A stretch of 64,000 nt of DNA from an uncultured Chloroflexia bacterium (GTDB lineage: Bacteria; Chloroflexota; UBA6077; JACCZL01). The position numbers were made by a program, and so were the translations under genes. The DNA lies in contig CAVXYC010000027.1 of the NCBI GenBank assembly GCA_963765765.1, positions 185,651 through 249,650 on the forward strand, written 5' to 3'. The first letter of the stretch is position 1. Every line of letters begins with the position of its first letter. The notes beneath the pieces were generated by a model, which was not told the origin of the DNA, ran no database searches, and was given only the letters and a program-made list of their open reading frames with translations. Positions 1-8,222 of this stretch are shown here, in pieces.

Positions 1-264
1 GAGCAGTACATCGCACGCGGCGAGCCGTTCGACAAGGCCGGCGGCTATGCAATCCAGGATGCTCAGCTTCGACCAGTCGAGGCCGTACGGGGCTGCTTTC
101 CGAATGTTGTTGGGCTCCCACTCTGTGCCGTCCAGGCGATGCTCGAGAATGATTCTGTCTCAGGCTCGTTTGCGCCAACCAATACACCATGCGAGCTATG
201 TAGAGCCGCTTCCGAGGCACTGAACGAGCATGGATTCTGGGCCCTGTTGAGTAGTTGTCACTAG
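1..264 (+). CDS. maf: Maf family nucleoside triphosphate pyrophosphatase, 3' partial
   Basis: Frame 1 reads EQYIARGEPFDKAGGYAIQ...GCFPNVVGLPL, the Maf DKAGxYxIQ / NVxGLPL signature, to TAG at 262-264. The 5' end lies outside the window. Confidence 0.9.
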   Translation, partial: EQYIARGEPFDKAGGYAIQDAQLRPVEAVRGCFPNVVGLPLCAVQAMLENDSVSGSFAPTNTPCELCRAASEALNEHGFWALLSSCH

Positions 265-463
265 CTGAAGCCTACCGCGCGACCCGACCGGAGATTGTGG
301 CATTCATGGCAGTAAAGCGAAGGATGACACAGAGACCGGGGTTGCGTGACGCGGTTCTTCATCGCTTGGGCAGCAAGAATCGCCCAACGAGCGCGAGTAC
401 GGTAACATACGGACAACCGAGCATGAGGCGGCAGCCGGCTTCCATGAAGCAGCCGAATTATTA

Positions 464-2689
464 CTATCGCGAGCGGCTGGTAGCGGTTGGCTGAGTGGCC
501 GGAGCGTTGGTTGGCTTTGCTGGGGCCGGCGTGGGGTTCGCGGCAGCCGCAGTGGGGTTCGCGGCAGCCGCGGTTGGCTTGGCGGGCGCCGCGGTTGGCG
601 CTGCAGTAGGAGCAACTGACTTAGGCGCGGCCGTAGGCTGCGCCGCTGGAGGCGCCGTAGGCTTTGCCGCCGAGGGCGCAGAGGTTGGCTGTGATGGTCT
701 CGCGGTCGGTTGAGCCTGCGTTGTGGTTGCCGGTACGGCGGTACCCGATACAGCGCTCGAGGCAGGCGCATTGACGCTTTCGGTGCGCGGCGCACTGGCC
801 GGCGCACCGCCGGTGCCAACCATAATGACGTTCCTGGCAGGACGATACCGACTCGTCATGCGAAGTGTCCGCTCATCACCGTCATTCGGGATAACACGGC
901 GAACGACTGTCGAAGCAAACCCCGCCTGGGCGCCCTCAACGGCGATTCTCTGCCCCTTTGGCATTGAAGGCTCTTCTTGAATAAGTGTGCCCACCACCGG
1001 ATCCACTACATCCGTTTTTGGGAGCGATTCGACTTTTACTGTCCAGGGGGGTGGTGTTCCGTAAAGCGCGAAATTTACATTCAGCGATGCATCGATCCAC
1101 GACTGCACCAGCAGGTAATTCTGGGTCGTGTTGATGAATTTGAAATCCAGACCCGAATCCTCGTCAACCGTGGCGTCCAAGCCAACGATGTTGCGCGACG
1201 TATAGGACGGAATCCAGTAGAGGTGCCAGTTACGCTCCTCAATCTGATAGCCAGCCCAAAACACGGACTGGAACAGGGTTGTCGCCACCTGGCAGATGCC
1301 ACCTGCGACGGAAGGAACGGTCTTATGCCCGGTCGAGGACGCGGCAATTCCCCAACCTACCTGGTATCCCGCGTCAAGACTTGTGGAGCCGACTTCCTTG
1401 TTGAAGGAGAACATTTCTCCAGGGGGCACCACAACACCGTTCAAGCGCGACGCCGCCAGCTGGATGTTGTGCTTCTTTGGTGGAAGGCCGCTGGCAAAGT
1501 TGGTGCGCGAGCTTTCGATGAGAGATGTGATACCCAGCTTCGCCTTGTCCTCGACACGGACAGCGGCAGGCGCGACGGACACCGGGAGGTTGAGCACCCG
1601 CTCAGGGCCGGTGAGCTGAGCGGTCAGCAGATCCATCGTAGCGGGCCGTTCTAACTTTTGACCGTCCTTGGACTCGCGCAACACGTCCAGCGCTCCACCG
1701 GCCCAGCTGAATCGCGCGTCCTGGGGCTCCTGGTCGATCTCAGCAGCGATCTGCTCCGTAAGCTTTTCAATGGCCGCCCGGTCGGTGTCTACGCTGACTC
1801 GCCCGTCCGCGTCCGTATTCATCTTCAGTGTCTTGACAAGCGCGCGTGAATCCAGCTGCCACTGCTGATTCCCAAAACGCAGCGTAAGCGGCGAGCTCAA
1901 AACCTGGACGGCTTTGTTGCTCGCATCCGCAATCTTTTCATCGCCAACACGCGGTGCCACCTCATTAACAGCGAGCTCGACTGTCTGCGGGCCTGGATGC
2001 GAGAGCGCCTCATCGAGTCGCCGCCAGGTGGCGTCCACATCAAGCTCACGGCCGACTTGAGAGCCTTGCTGATCGATCGAGCCGTCCGGACGAAATTCCA
2101 GCCGGGCGTCCACGACTGATCGATTCACTTGACCAGCCAGCTCCTCCACGAAGACAAGTCCAGCAGCAGAATCGTAAAGAACTCCTGCCGAATCGAGATT
2201 GCGTCCAGTCCGCCAGAGCGACACCTGCTGGACGAGCTGCGAGAGAATATTACCTTCACGTCCAAGTTCATAAGCCGATTCAACAAGCGGCCGAACGTCA
2301 CGCTTAAGTCCGAATTCGCCTCCGCGACGTTGCCATTCTTGATCCTGGAAGCGAAGCTTGATCACGCGACTGTCGAACGAATCCAGCACCTCGCTCAATG
2401 ATGCCTGAGCTTGTTCCGGAGTCTGCCCACCCAGATCCACGCCCATGACGCGCACGCCAGGAAATACTCGTCCGGCGTAGGCGATCTGGAATCCAACGAG
2501 GAGCACAATGAGCGCCCCAACAGCCACGATGGCATTGACGCCAATGAAGCGGCTAGGAGATGTAAGGACCGTTCGAACGCTCTCGACACTGGGAGAATTA
2601 AGCTGGAAATCGCGATTCAATCCCGGGCCCTTACACTGAGGACGTGACGCATGTCGCGACGGAGCGCGCCACGCTCGCAGCACGACCAC
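464..2689 (-). CDS. VanW family protein with peptidoglycan-binding repeats and a Pro/Ala/Thr-rich tail
   Basis: N-terminal TM helix; VanW motifs NI.LAA..LNG.VV.PGE.FSFN and GGICQVATTLFQ; low-complexity C-terminus. The true start is probably downstream of 2689. Confidence 0.85.
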   Translation of the reverse strand: MVVLRAWRAPSRHASRPQCKGPGLNRDFQLNSPSVESVRTVLTSPSRFIGVNAIVAVGALIVLLVGFQIAYAGRVFPGVRVMGVDLGGQTPEQAQASLSEVLDSFDSRVIKLRFQDQEWQRRGGEFGLKRDVRPLVESAYELGREGNILSQLVQQVSLWRTGRNLDSAGVLYDSAAGLVFVEELAGQVNRSVVDARLEFRPDGSIDQQGSQVGRELDVDATWRRLDEALSHPGPQTVELAVNEVAPRVGDEKIADASNKAVQVLSSPLTLRFGNQQWQLDSRALVKTLKMNTDADGRVSVDTDRAAIEKLTEQIAAEIDQEPQDARFSWAGGALDVLRESKDGQKLERPATMDLLTAQLTGPERVLNLPVSVAPAAVRVEDKAKLGITSLIESSRTNFASGLPPKKHNIQLAASRLNGVVVPPGEMFSFNKEVGSTSLDAGYQVGWGIAASSTGHKTVPSVAGGICQVATTLFQSVFWAGYQIEERNWHLYWIPSYTSRNIVGLDATVDEDSGLDFKFINTTQNYLLVQSWIDASLNVNFALYGTPPPWTVKVESLPKTDVVDPVVGTLIQEEPSMPKGQRIAVEGAQAGFASTVVRRVIPNDGDERTLRMTSRYRPARNVIMVGTGGAPASAPRTESVNAPASSAVSGTAVPATTTQAQPTARPSQPTSAPSAAKPTAPPAAQPTAAPKSVAPTAAPTAAPAKPTAAAANPTAAAANPTPAPAKPTNAPATQPTATSRSR

Positions 2690-2771
2690 GATGGTACGAG
2701 GTTCGACGGAGCTTCGGCAATTTTCTTGACACCGAATTTATTGGGCGTTATCGGGAGCTGGTATGACGCAT

Positions 2772-3140
2772 TCATCGCGATCGATCCCTCAGTATACGCA
2801 CCGCGATGTCCCCAACCGGAGGCCCCGCAATTGGAGCATTCGGTTTATGGACACAAACCTGAACGCTTGCCACGCTCGCGAACGCATTCAGCACTGATTC
2901 CGCGATTCTCCCGGCGAGTGTTTCGATGAGTCGAAATGGCTTGCCTTCCACGATATCTCGCGCGCATTGAACCACTTGACCGTAGTCGACCCCGTGCTCC
3001 AGCTCATCGTGGTTCGATGCCGGCTGAAGATCCAGAAGAAGGACGAGATCCACGACAAATCGCTGGCCGAGCCGTTGCTCTTCCTCGTGAACACCGTGGT
3101 ACCCGAAGCATTGAATGCCGCGGATCTCTATCGAGTCCAC
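2772..3140 (-). CDS. folB: Dihydroneopterin aldolase
   Basis: GYHGVHEEE..LGQRFVVD, VDYG, LIETLA and KPNAP motifs; 122 aa. Confidence 0.93.
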   Translation of the reverse strand: MDSIEIRGIQCFGYHGVHEEEQRLGQRFVVDLVLLLDLQPASNHDELEHGVDYGQVVQCARDIVEGKPFRLIETLAGRIAESVLNAFASVASVQVCVHKPNAPIAGPPVGDIAVRILRDRSR

Positions 3141-3348
3141 TAAGAGCTGCCTCGATAGATGTCCGCGTTCGATACCCAGATCAATTCCTTACTTCCTCGG
3201 CACATACTAGCTGCTTTGTCCGGACCCACTGTTGATGCGACATCGATCCACACCATGCTCAGCGGCCTGCGCTTGACGCGCGCCAGCCCCCCGGAGATAG
3301 TAGTCACGGGTTCCCGAACGGAGCTGTTCTTGTTGGAGAATTCAACGC

Positions 3349-4785
3349 ATGCCTCTACGCACCACTGCTGAATATCGTGCGAGCCTTCAGGACGCACGTC
3401 GCGTCTTCTTTCGCGGACAGCGCGTGGACGACGTTACCACCCATCCTGCTATGGCTGAAGCCGTAACCCATGCGGCTATCGATTTCGAAATGGCGGAGCA
3501 GCCGGAGTTCCGAGACCTGGCTGTCGTCGGCTCTGGACCTGATGAGTACAGTCGATACTTCCATCTCCCCACAACGGCAGATGACCTTCTGAAACGTAGC
3601 GCTCTCATCGAGTCAGCCACGCGAGAGGGACGAACGCTCGTGGTGCTGATCAAGGAAATCGGCACCGACGCCTTGTTCGGACTGCACCTGGCTACCAAGG
3701 CGATGGATGATGCCATCGGCACCTCGTATCTCCATCGCGTCCAGAGCTTTTTAGACATGTGTCGAGAAAAAGACCTTGCCCTCGCGGTAGCTCAAACGGA
3801 CGTCAAGGGCGACCGGTCGCGCTCGCCCTCAGATCAATCTCATCCAGACTACTACGTTCGCATCGTGGAACGAAGGCCGGACGGAATCGTCGTCTCAGGT
3901 GCAAAGGTCCACACGTCGGTCTCGGTCAATTCCAATGAGCTCATCGTCTTGCCCACCCGCGCGATGAGCGAGCGAGATGCCGACTACGCGGTGGCATTCG
4001 CGGTAACGCCAGACACGCCAGGGGTCACCCTGATCGCTAGCCCCCACGGTACGGGCCCGCGCGATGCGTTTGAGCGTCCACTCTCATCGGGTCGAAAAAT
4101 GTTCGAGACACTCACGGTGTTCGAGAACGTTTTCGTCCCCAACGAGCGAGTCTTTCTCGCCGGGGAGTGGCAGTTCGCCGGGCCTGTAGCCGTGGATTTC
4201 GTGGAGTTCCACCGATTCACGGCAATTTCATACAAGCTCCCGCTAGTAGACCTGCTGGTGGGCTCGGCGTTTCTGCTCGCCCAGTACAACGGGCTGACGC
4301 GCGTCAGTCACATTCGTGACAAGCTAGCGCGGCTGGTCGCATACGCAGAGACACTGCGAGCGCTCACTCACGCCGCCGCGGCGCAATGCCATATGAAAGC
4401 GCCGGGCCTGGCCGTACCCGATCCGATGCTGGTGAACCTTGCCAAGCTGCACTTCGCCAGCGGCTACCACCAGGCCGTGAGCTGGGCACAGGACATCGCC
4501 GGCGGCTTGCTCGTCACCGGTCCGGCGGCAGAAGACCTCAAGAGCCCCGAAACGCGCGGCTACATTGAGAAATACTTCGGCGCGGGCGAAGTTACGGCGG
4601 AGGCTCGACTTAGGGCCATGAATGTGCTGGCCGATCTCACGGCCTCAGATTTTGGCGGCTACCAGGAGGTCCTCGCTGTGCATGCCGAGGGCTCGATCGA
4701 GGCGGAGAAGCTCACCGCGCTGCGGAACTACAATTCAAATGAAACCATGGCCTATGCGATGCGCATGGCTGGAATCGACGAGTAG
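3349..4785 (+). CDS. 4-hydroxybutyryl-CoA dehydratase (AbfD) / 4-hydroxyphenylacetate 3-hydroxylase (HpaB) family flavoprotein
   Basis: AQTDVKGDRS, PDYYVRIVERRPDGIVVSGAKVH, VFENVFVPNERVFLAGE and QDIAGG motifs; RBS GGAG upstream. Confidence 0.85.
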   Translation: MPLRTTAEYRASLQDARRVFFRGQRVDDVTTHPAMAEAVTHAAIDFEMAEQPEFRDLAVVGSGPDEYSRYFHLPTTADDLLKRSALIESATREGRTLVVLIKEIGTDALFGLHLATKAMDDAIGTSYLHRVQSFLDMCREKDLALAVAQTDVKGDRSRSPSDQSHPDYYVRIVERRPDGIVVSGAKVHTSVSVNSNELIVLPTRAMSERDADYAVAFAVTPDTPGVTLIASPHGTGPRDAFERPLSSGRKMFETLTVFENVFVPNERVFLAGEWQFAGPVAVDFVEFHRFTAISYKLPLVDLLVGSAFLLAQYNGLTRVSHIRDKLARLVAYAETLRALTHAAAAQCHMKAPGLAVPDPMLVNLAKLHFASGYHQAVSWAQDIAGGLLVTGPAAEDLKSPETRGYIEKYFGAGEVTAEARLRAMNVLADLTASDFGGYQEVLAVHAEGSIEAEKLTALRNYNSNETMAYAMRMAGIDE

Positions 4786-4864
4786 CGAGTTGACAGTGAG
4801 CTGTCATCATTCCACCGCGAGCCGTTAACTGCCGACTGTGAACGCTTAATTGCTGGAGGTATCT

Positions 4865-6205
4865 GTGATCGATCCGCGCGCGGAATTCTGGGACGAAAAG
4901 ATTGAGACAATCAGCCGCGACGAGCTTGCCAACTTGCAGCTACAAAAGCTGCAGTGGCAGGTTCAGCGCTGTTGGGATGGCTCTGAATTCTACCGCGCGC
5001 GGCTCGAGCAGGTGGGAGCCACTCCATCCGACATTCAATCGCTAGACGACGTGCGAAAAATCCCAATCGTTACCAAGCAACAGCTACGAGATGAGCAGCT
5101 CGCCCATCCGCCCTACGGTCGGTACACAGTGGGAGCTCGAGCTAACTGGAGTGAGCTCCATCCGTCCACCGGAACAACTGGGGTCCCGGTGAGCACCATC
5201 TGGTCCCAGGCGGATTGCGAGAATATCACTCAGTTCACGGCCAGAACCATGTGGTCATTTGGCGTGCGGCCAGGCGCCATCGTGCAGAACGCGTTCGCCT
5301 ACGGATTGTGGGTGGCCGGCATGTCGGTGCACTATGCCGCCAAGCGGATGGGCTGCTTCGTCATCCCCATTGGAGCCGCGCTCACCAACAGACAGATCGA
5401 TTATCTGCTGGCCGGATCCACGGTTCTTCTCGCCACCCCGTCGTACGCGCTCCACATCGCGGAAGCACTTCGGGAGCATGGCGTAGCGCCGGACGACATT
5501 ACGTTGGAGCTGGGCTGCTTTGGCGGAGAGGCGGGGACGGAAAATGCGTCCACTCGCGGGAAGATCGAGCGCGGTCTCGGAATCGATGCGTATGACTACT
5601 ACGGGTTGGCAGAGATCGGCCCAACCTTCGCCTCGGAATGCGTCGCAAAAGTCGGCATCCACTGGGCTGAAGACCATCATCTGATTGAGATCATCAATCC
5701 CGACACCATGGAACCATGCGCGGAGGGCGAAATTGGCGTGGTAGTCATTACTCACCTGAGTCGCGAGGCTACCCCGATGCTTCGCTACTGGAGCAATGAC
5801 TACGCTCGCTACACATCCGCACGCTGCGATTGCGGACGAACACATGGCCGCTCCCTGGGCGGCATCATGGGGCGACACGATGATCTGGTGATCTATCGCG
5901 GTGCCAAGTTCTATCCCGTGCAGGTTGAAAAGGTCGTCCGATCCTTCGGAGAGCTCTCAGACGAATTCCGCATTGAGCTCGCTCGCGATGAGAACGTCGG
6001 CACGGATCGCTGCACCGTGGTTGCTGAAGTGAACCAGGTCAGCGATGAGTCCGTCCTTGCACGATTACGTAGCGCCCTACGGGAAGAGCTCCTGGTCACG
6101 CCGGACATTCGTTTGGAACAATTCGGGACACTCGAGCGCACGACGTTCAAGGCACAGCGTATCGTGGACTTGCGACCTAAGAATGAGGGCCCGGGGCAGG
6201 CCTGA
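4865..6205 (+). CDS. Phenylacetate-CoA ligase family (PaaK-like) AMP-dependent ligase
   Basis: STGTTG P-loop, YYGLAEIGP, EATPMLRY and GRHDD motifs; GTG start after GGAGG. Confidence 0.88.
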   Translation: MIDPRAEFWDEKIETISRDELANLQLQKLQWQVQRCWDGSEFYRARLEQVGATPSDIQSLDDVRKIPIVTKQQLRDEQLAHPPYGRYTVGARANWSELHPSTGTTGVPVSTIWSQADCENITQFTARTMWSFGVRPGAIVQNAFAYGLWVAGMSVHYAAKRMGCFVIPIGAALTNRQIDYLLAGSTVLLATPSYALHIAEALREHGVAPDDITLELGCFGGEAGTENASTRGKIERGLGIDAYDYYGLAEIGPTFASECVAKVGIHWAEDHHLIEIINPDTMEPCAEGEIGVVVITHLSREATPMLRYWSNDYARYTSARCDCGRTHGRSLGGIMGRHDDLVIYRGAKFYPVQVEKVVRSFGELSDEFRIELARDENVGTDRCTVVAEVNQVSDESVLARLRSALREELLVTPDIRLEQFGTLERTTFKAQRIVDLRPKNEGPGQA

Positions 6206-6315
6206 TCAAACTTGAGCTGAGCGAAACTCAGCCTTCCTGGTTTGAGAGTGGGAAATCAATGAAGCCTCGATTAGTGAGCGCATTTCAAGGTACTCCTCGC
6301 GGTTAGACTCTTAGG

Positions 6316-7272
6316 ATGCCTTCGTCACTCCCCTCGACGCAGGTCCGGGGCATCTACGCCACGGCACTTTCGTCACTGCTCGTCGATCTCGACGTTCCCA
6401 TTGCCAACCCGTCGCCGGTGATCCAGAAGCGGCTGGGACTCGGCAGCTCCCCGAACGTTGCTGCCGTGCAGTTGAGGGACCGGGAAGATCGGCAGGGGAT
6501 CACGTTGGACGGTGGAGAGAGAGATGTCCGCACCCTCCTCGAGTTGCTCAGGGTGGCGTTCCCGCGCGCGGTAAGCCGGGCAGCGCGCGATCATAGGACA
6601 TGGTCGTTAGAGTTCCCAGCATCGGTCAAAGCGGAGCTCGACGACCGGAGGCGCCGGATTCTTCCAACAGTCATGCTCCATCATCAACTCAAGATGGTCG
6701 CATCTGAGCGCGTCGATGCTGCCGAACGTCAGCTCGCGAAGGAGCCGGATCGGCTCGATACTATAAGTGCTGCGTTGCAACGGGACCTGGTGGATCGACA
6801 CATTCGACCAGGCACGCGAATAAGTGTCGAGCACGTGAAGCCAGCGGGCCAGGAGTATGACCTCAAGGGCATGGTGGGCTCATACGACGGGCGAAACCTC
6901 CGTGTGGATCGTCGGTTTTACCCCGGGGGAAATTACGACTCGCTTGACGTTCCGCGCATGTCGGGCGACTTTGGCAGAGTGGACATCGAGATTGGCTCCG
7001 GCATTGCCGTCCGACAATACTTTCGCGCCGACGGTCGCCACCTGGGCGATCTCTATAACCTGGCCACCGCGGCAGAGCTCTATCCCGGTCGCGTACGCTA
7101 CGTGGACCTTGAGCTCGATGTCCTGCACATGCCCGGTGAGCCTCCAAGAGTGGTGGACGAAGCGGACCTGGAACGCGCGTACCAACGTGGCTTCCTCACC
7201 GATGCGCTTGTCGATGACGCCTGGTCACTCGCGAGTCAGGTGATGGACAGGATTGAAAGCCGATCGGACTGA
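6316..7272 (+). CDS. FAU-1-like RNA-binding protein / ribonuclease with C-terminal DUF402 domain
   Basis: N-terminal VRGIYATALS.LL as in archaeal FAU-1; C-terminal YNL.T..ELYP..VRYVDLELDV...VVDE.DLE (DUF402). Confidence 0.7.
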   Translation: MPSSLPSTQVRGIYATALSSLLVDLDVPIANPSPVIQKRLGLGSSPNVAAVQLRDREDRQGITLDGGERDVRTLLELLRVAFPRAVSRAARDHRTWSLEFPASVKAELDDRRRRILPTVMLHHQLKMVASERVDAAERQLAKEPDRLDTISAALQRDLVDRHIRPGTRISVEHVKPAGQEYDLKGMVGSYDGRNLRVDRRFYPGGNYDSLDVPRMSGDFGRVDIEIGSGIAVRQYFRADGRHLGDLYNLATAAELYPGRVRYVDLELDVLHMPGEPPRVVDEADLERAYQRGFLTDALVDDAWSLASQVMDRIESRSD

Positions 7273-7291
7273 TCAGCGCGAGGGCCGTGCC

Positions 7292-7340
7292 TCACAAGAG
7301 CCGTAGATCGAGGTCGCTACGCGCTCCACGGCTCTTGTGA
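7292..7340. terminator. Perfect 13-bp inverted repeat, probable bidirectional terminator
   Basis: TCACAAGAGCCGT (7292-7304) / ACGGCTCTTGTGA (7328-7340) between convergent ORFs. Confidence 0.55.
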
Positions 7341-7356
7341 TGAGATCGATTAACTC

Positions 7357-7500
7357 TTAGACCTTCCCGTAATCGTGCTTGACAGCGGCCGGGACGTCTT
7401 CGGAACGCACGTTGTAGCCGAGAGCGCCTTCACGTGGAAGAGTGATCCAGTGGGTATTCCTGGCTGGGTCTCGAACAGTACCGCATGGGGTCCTGGCCAT
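7357..7500 (-). CDS. Small 47-aa hypothetical protein (not in the ORF track)
   Basis: MARTPCGTVRDPARNTHWITLPREGALGYNVRSEDVPAAVKHDYGKV*, preceded by GGGAAGGT and followed by the 7292-7340 hairpin. Confidence 0.45.
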   Translation of the reverse strand: MARTPCGTVRDPARNTHWITLPREGALGYNVRSEDVPAAVKHDYGKV

Positions 7501-7558
7501 TTTCGACCTTCCCGATCTCCGACATGATCAGACAGCGATCCAGAATCACGCCCTTGTC

Positions 7559-7663
7559 GGAGGAGCCAAGACGCTGTGTCTCGCGGGCCGAGATAGCGCC
7601 CTGGGTGAGTTTCCACCGGGCGTGCCAGGCCCGACGCGAGGCAGCCGCTCATTGGCTTCTTTT
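7559..7663 (+). ncRNA. Candidate structured RNA, rod-like hairpin of about 100 nt
   Basis: Nested pairings GGAGGAGCCAA/TTGGCTTCTTT, TGTCTCGCG/CGCGAGGCA, GGGCC/GGCCC, GCGCCC/GGGCGT, GGTG/CACC. The non-Watson-Crick pairs are G-U on the + strand. Confidence 0.35.
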
Positions 7664-7808
7664 GTGAGCTAAAAATCCACTTAGCCCGTACTGGCCTACA
7701 TGTAACGCAGGCCAGTTCGTGAAAGGGATTTGTTGGCGGTCTGAAGCACTGCTTAGTGCTTGCTAAAGTGCATTGACTCAAGTTCTGCGCAATGAGGAGC
7801 GCGGAGGT

Positions 7809-8204
7809 TCAGACGCTGCCTAGTGCCTCGCGCACGGCCGAGCTGAGCTCCTCGAGATCGAACGGCTTGGCAACGCAGCCAACCGCGCCGAGACGCTCGG
7901 CTCGCTCGGCAATTGTGCCGGCGGCGCTCATGACGATGAGCAGTGGTGGCCTTGGAGAACGCGCACGCATACCAGCAACGAACTCCTCGCCGGTCATGAC
8001 GGGCAGCCCCATATCTAGGAGTACGACATCCGGCTTCCAGGAGAGCATTTTCTCCAACCCGGACTTGCCATCCGACTCGGTCGCAACCTCGAAGCCCTCC
8101 TCCTCCAGCACGATCCTGGCAATATCGCGCAGGTCTGGCTCATCTTCCACCACGAGCACGCGGGCGGGGGTAACCCGGCTATCGCTCATAGGTATAGAGG
8201 GCAA
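7809..8204 (-). CDS. Single-domain response regulator (CheY-like receiver)
   Basis: VLVVEDE, LLD, SA and KPF receiver motifs. Confidence 0.9.
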   Translation of the reverse strand: MPSIPMSDSRVTPARVLVVEDEPDLRDIARIVLEEEGFEVATESDGKSGLEKMLSWKPDVVLLDMGLPVMTGEEFVAGMRARSPRPPLLIVMSAAGTIAERAERLGAVGCVAKPFDLEELSSAVREALGSV

Positions 8205-8222
8205 TCAAAGACGGTTGCTGGC

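Noticed and set aside
480-790. Short GC-rich repeats in the VanW 3' end
   Set aside because: They encode a Pro/Ala/Thr linker (PTAAAAN-type units), not a DNA-level repeat element.
7624-7647. GCCAGGCCCG..GCAGCC resembling SRP RNA domain IV
   Set aside because: No GNRA tetraloop or GGAAGCAG, and the motif lies on the side of the hairpin rather than at its apex.
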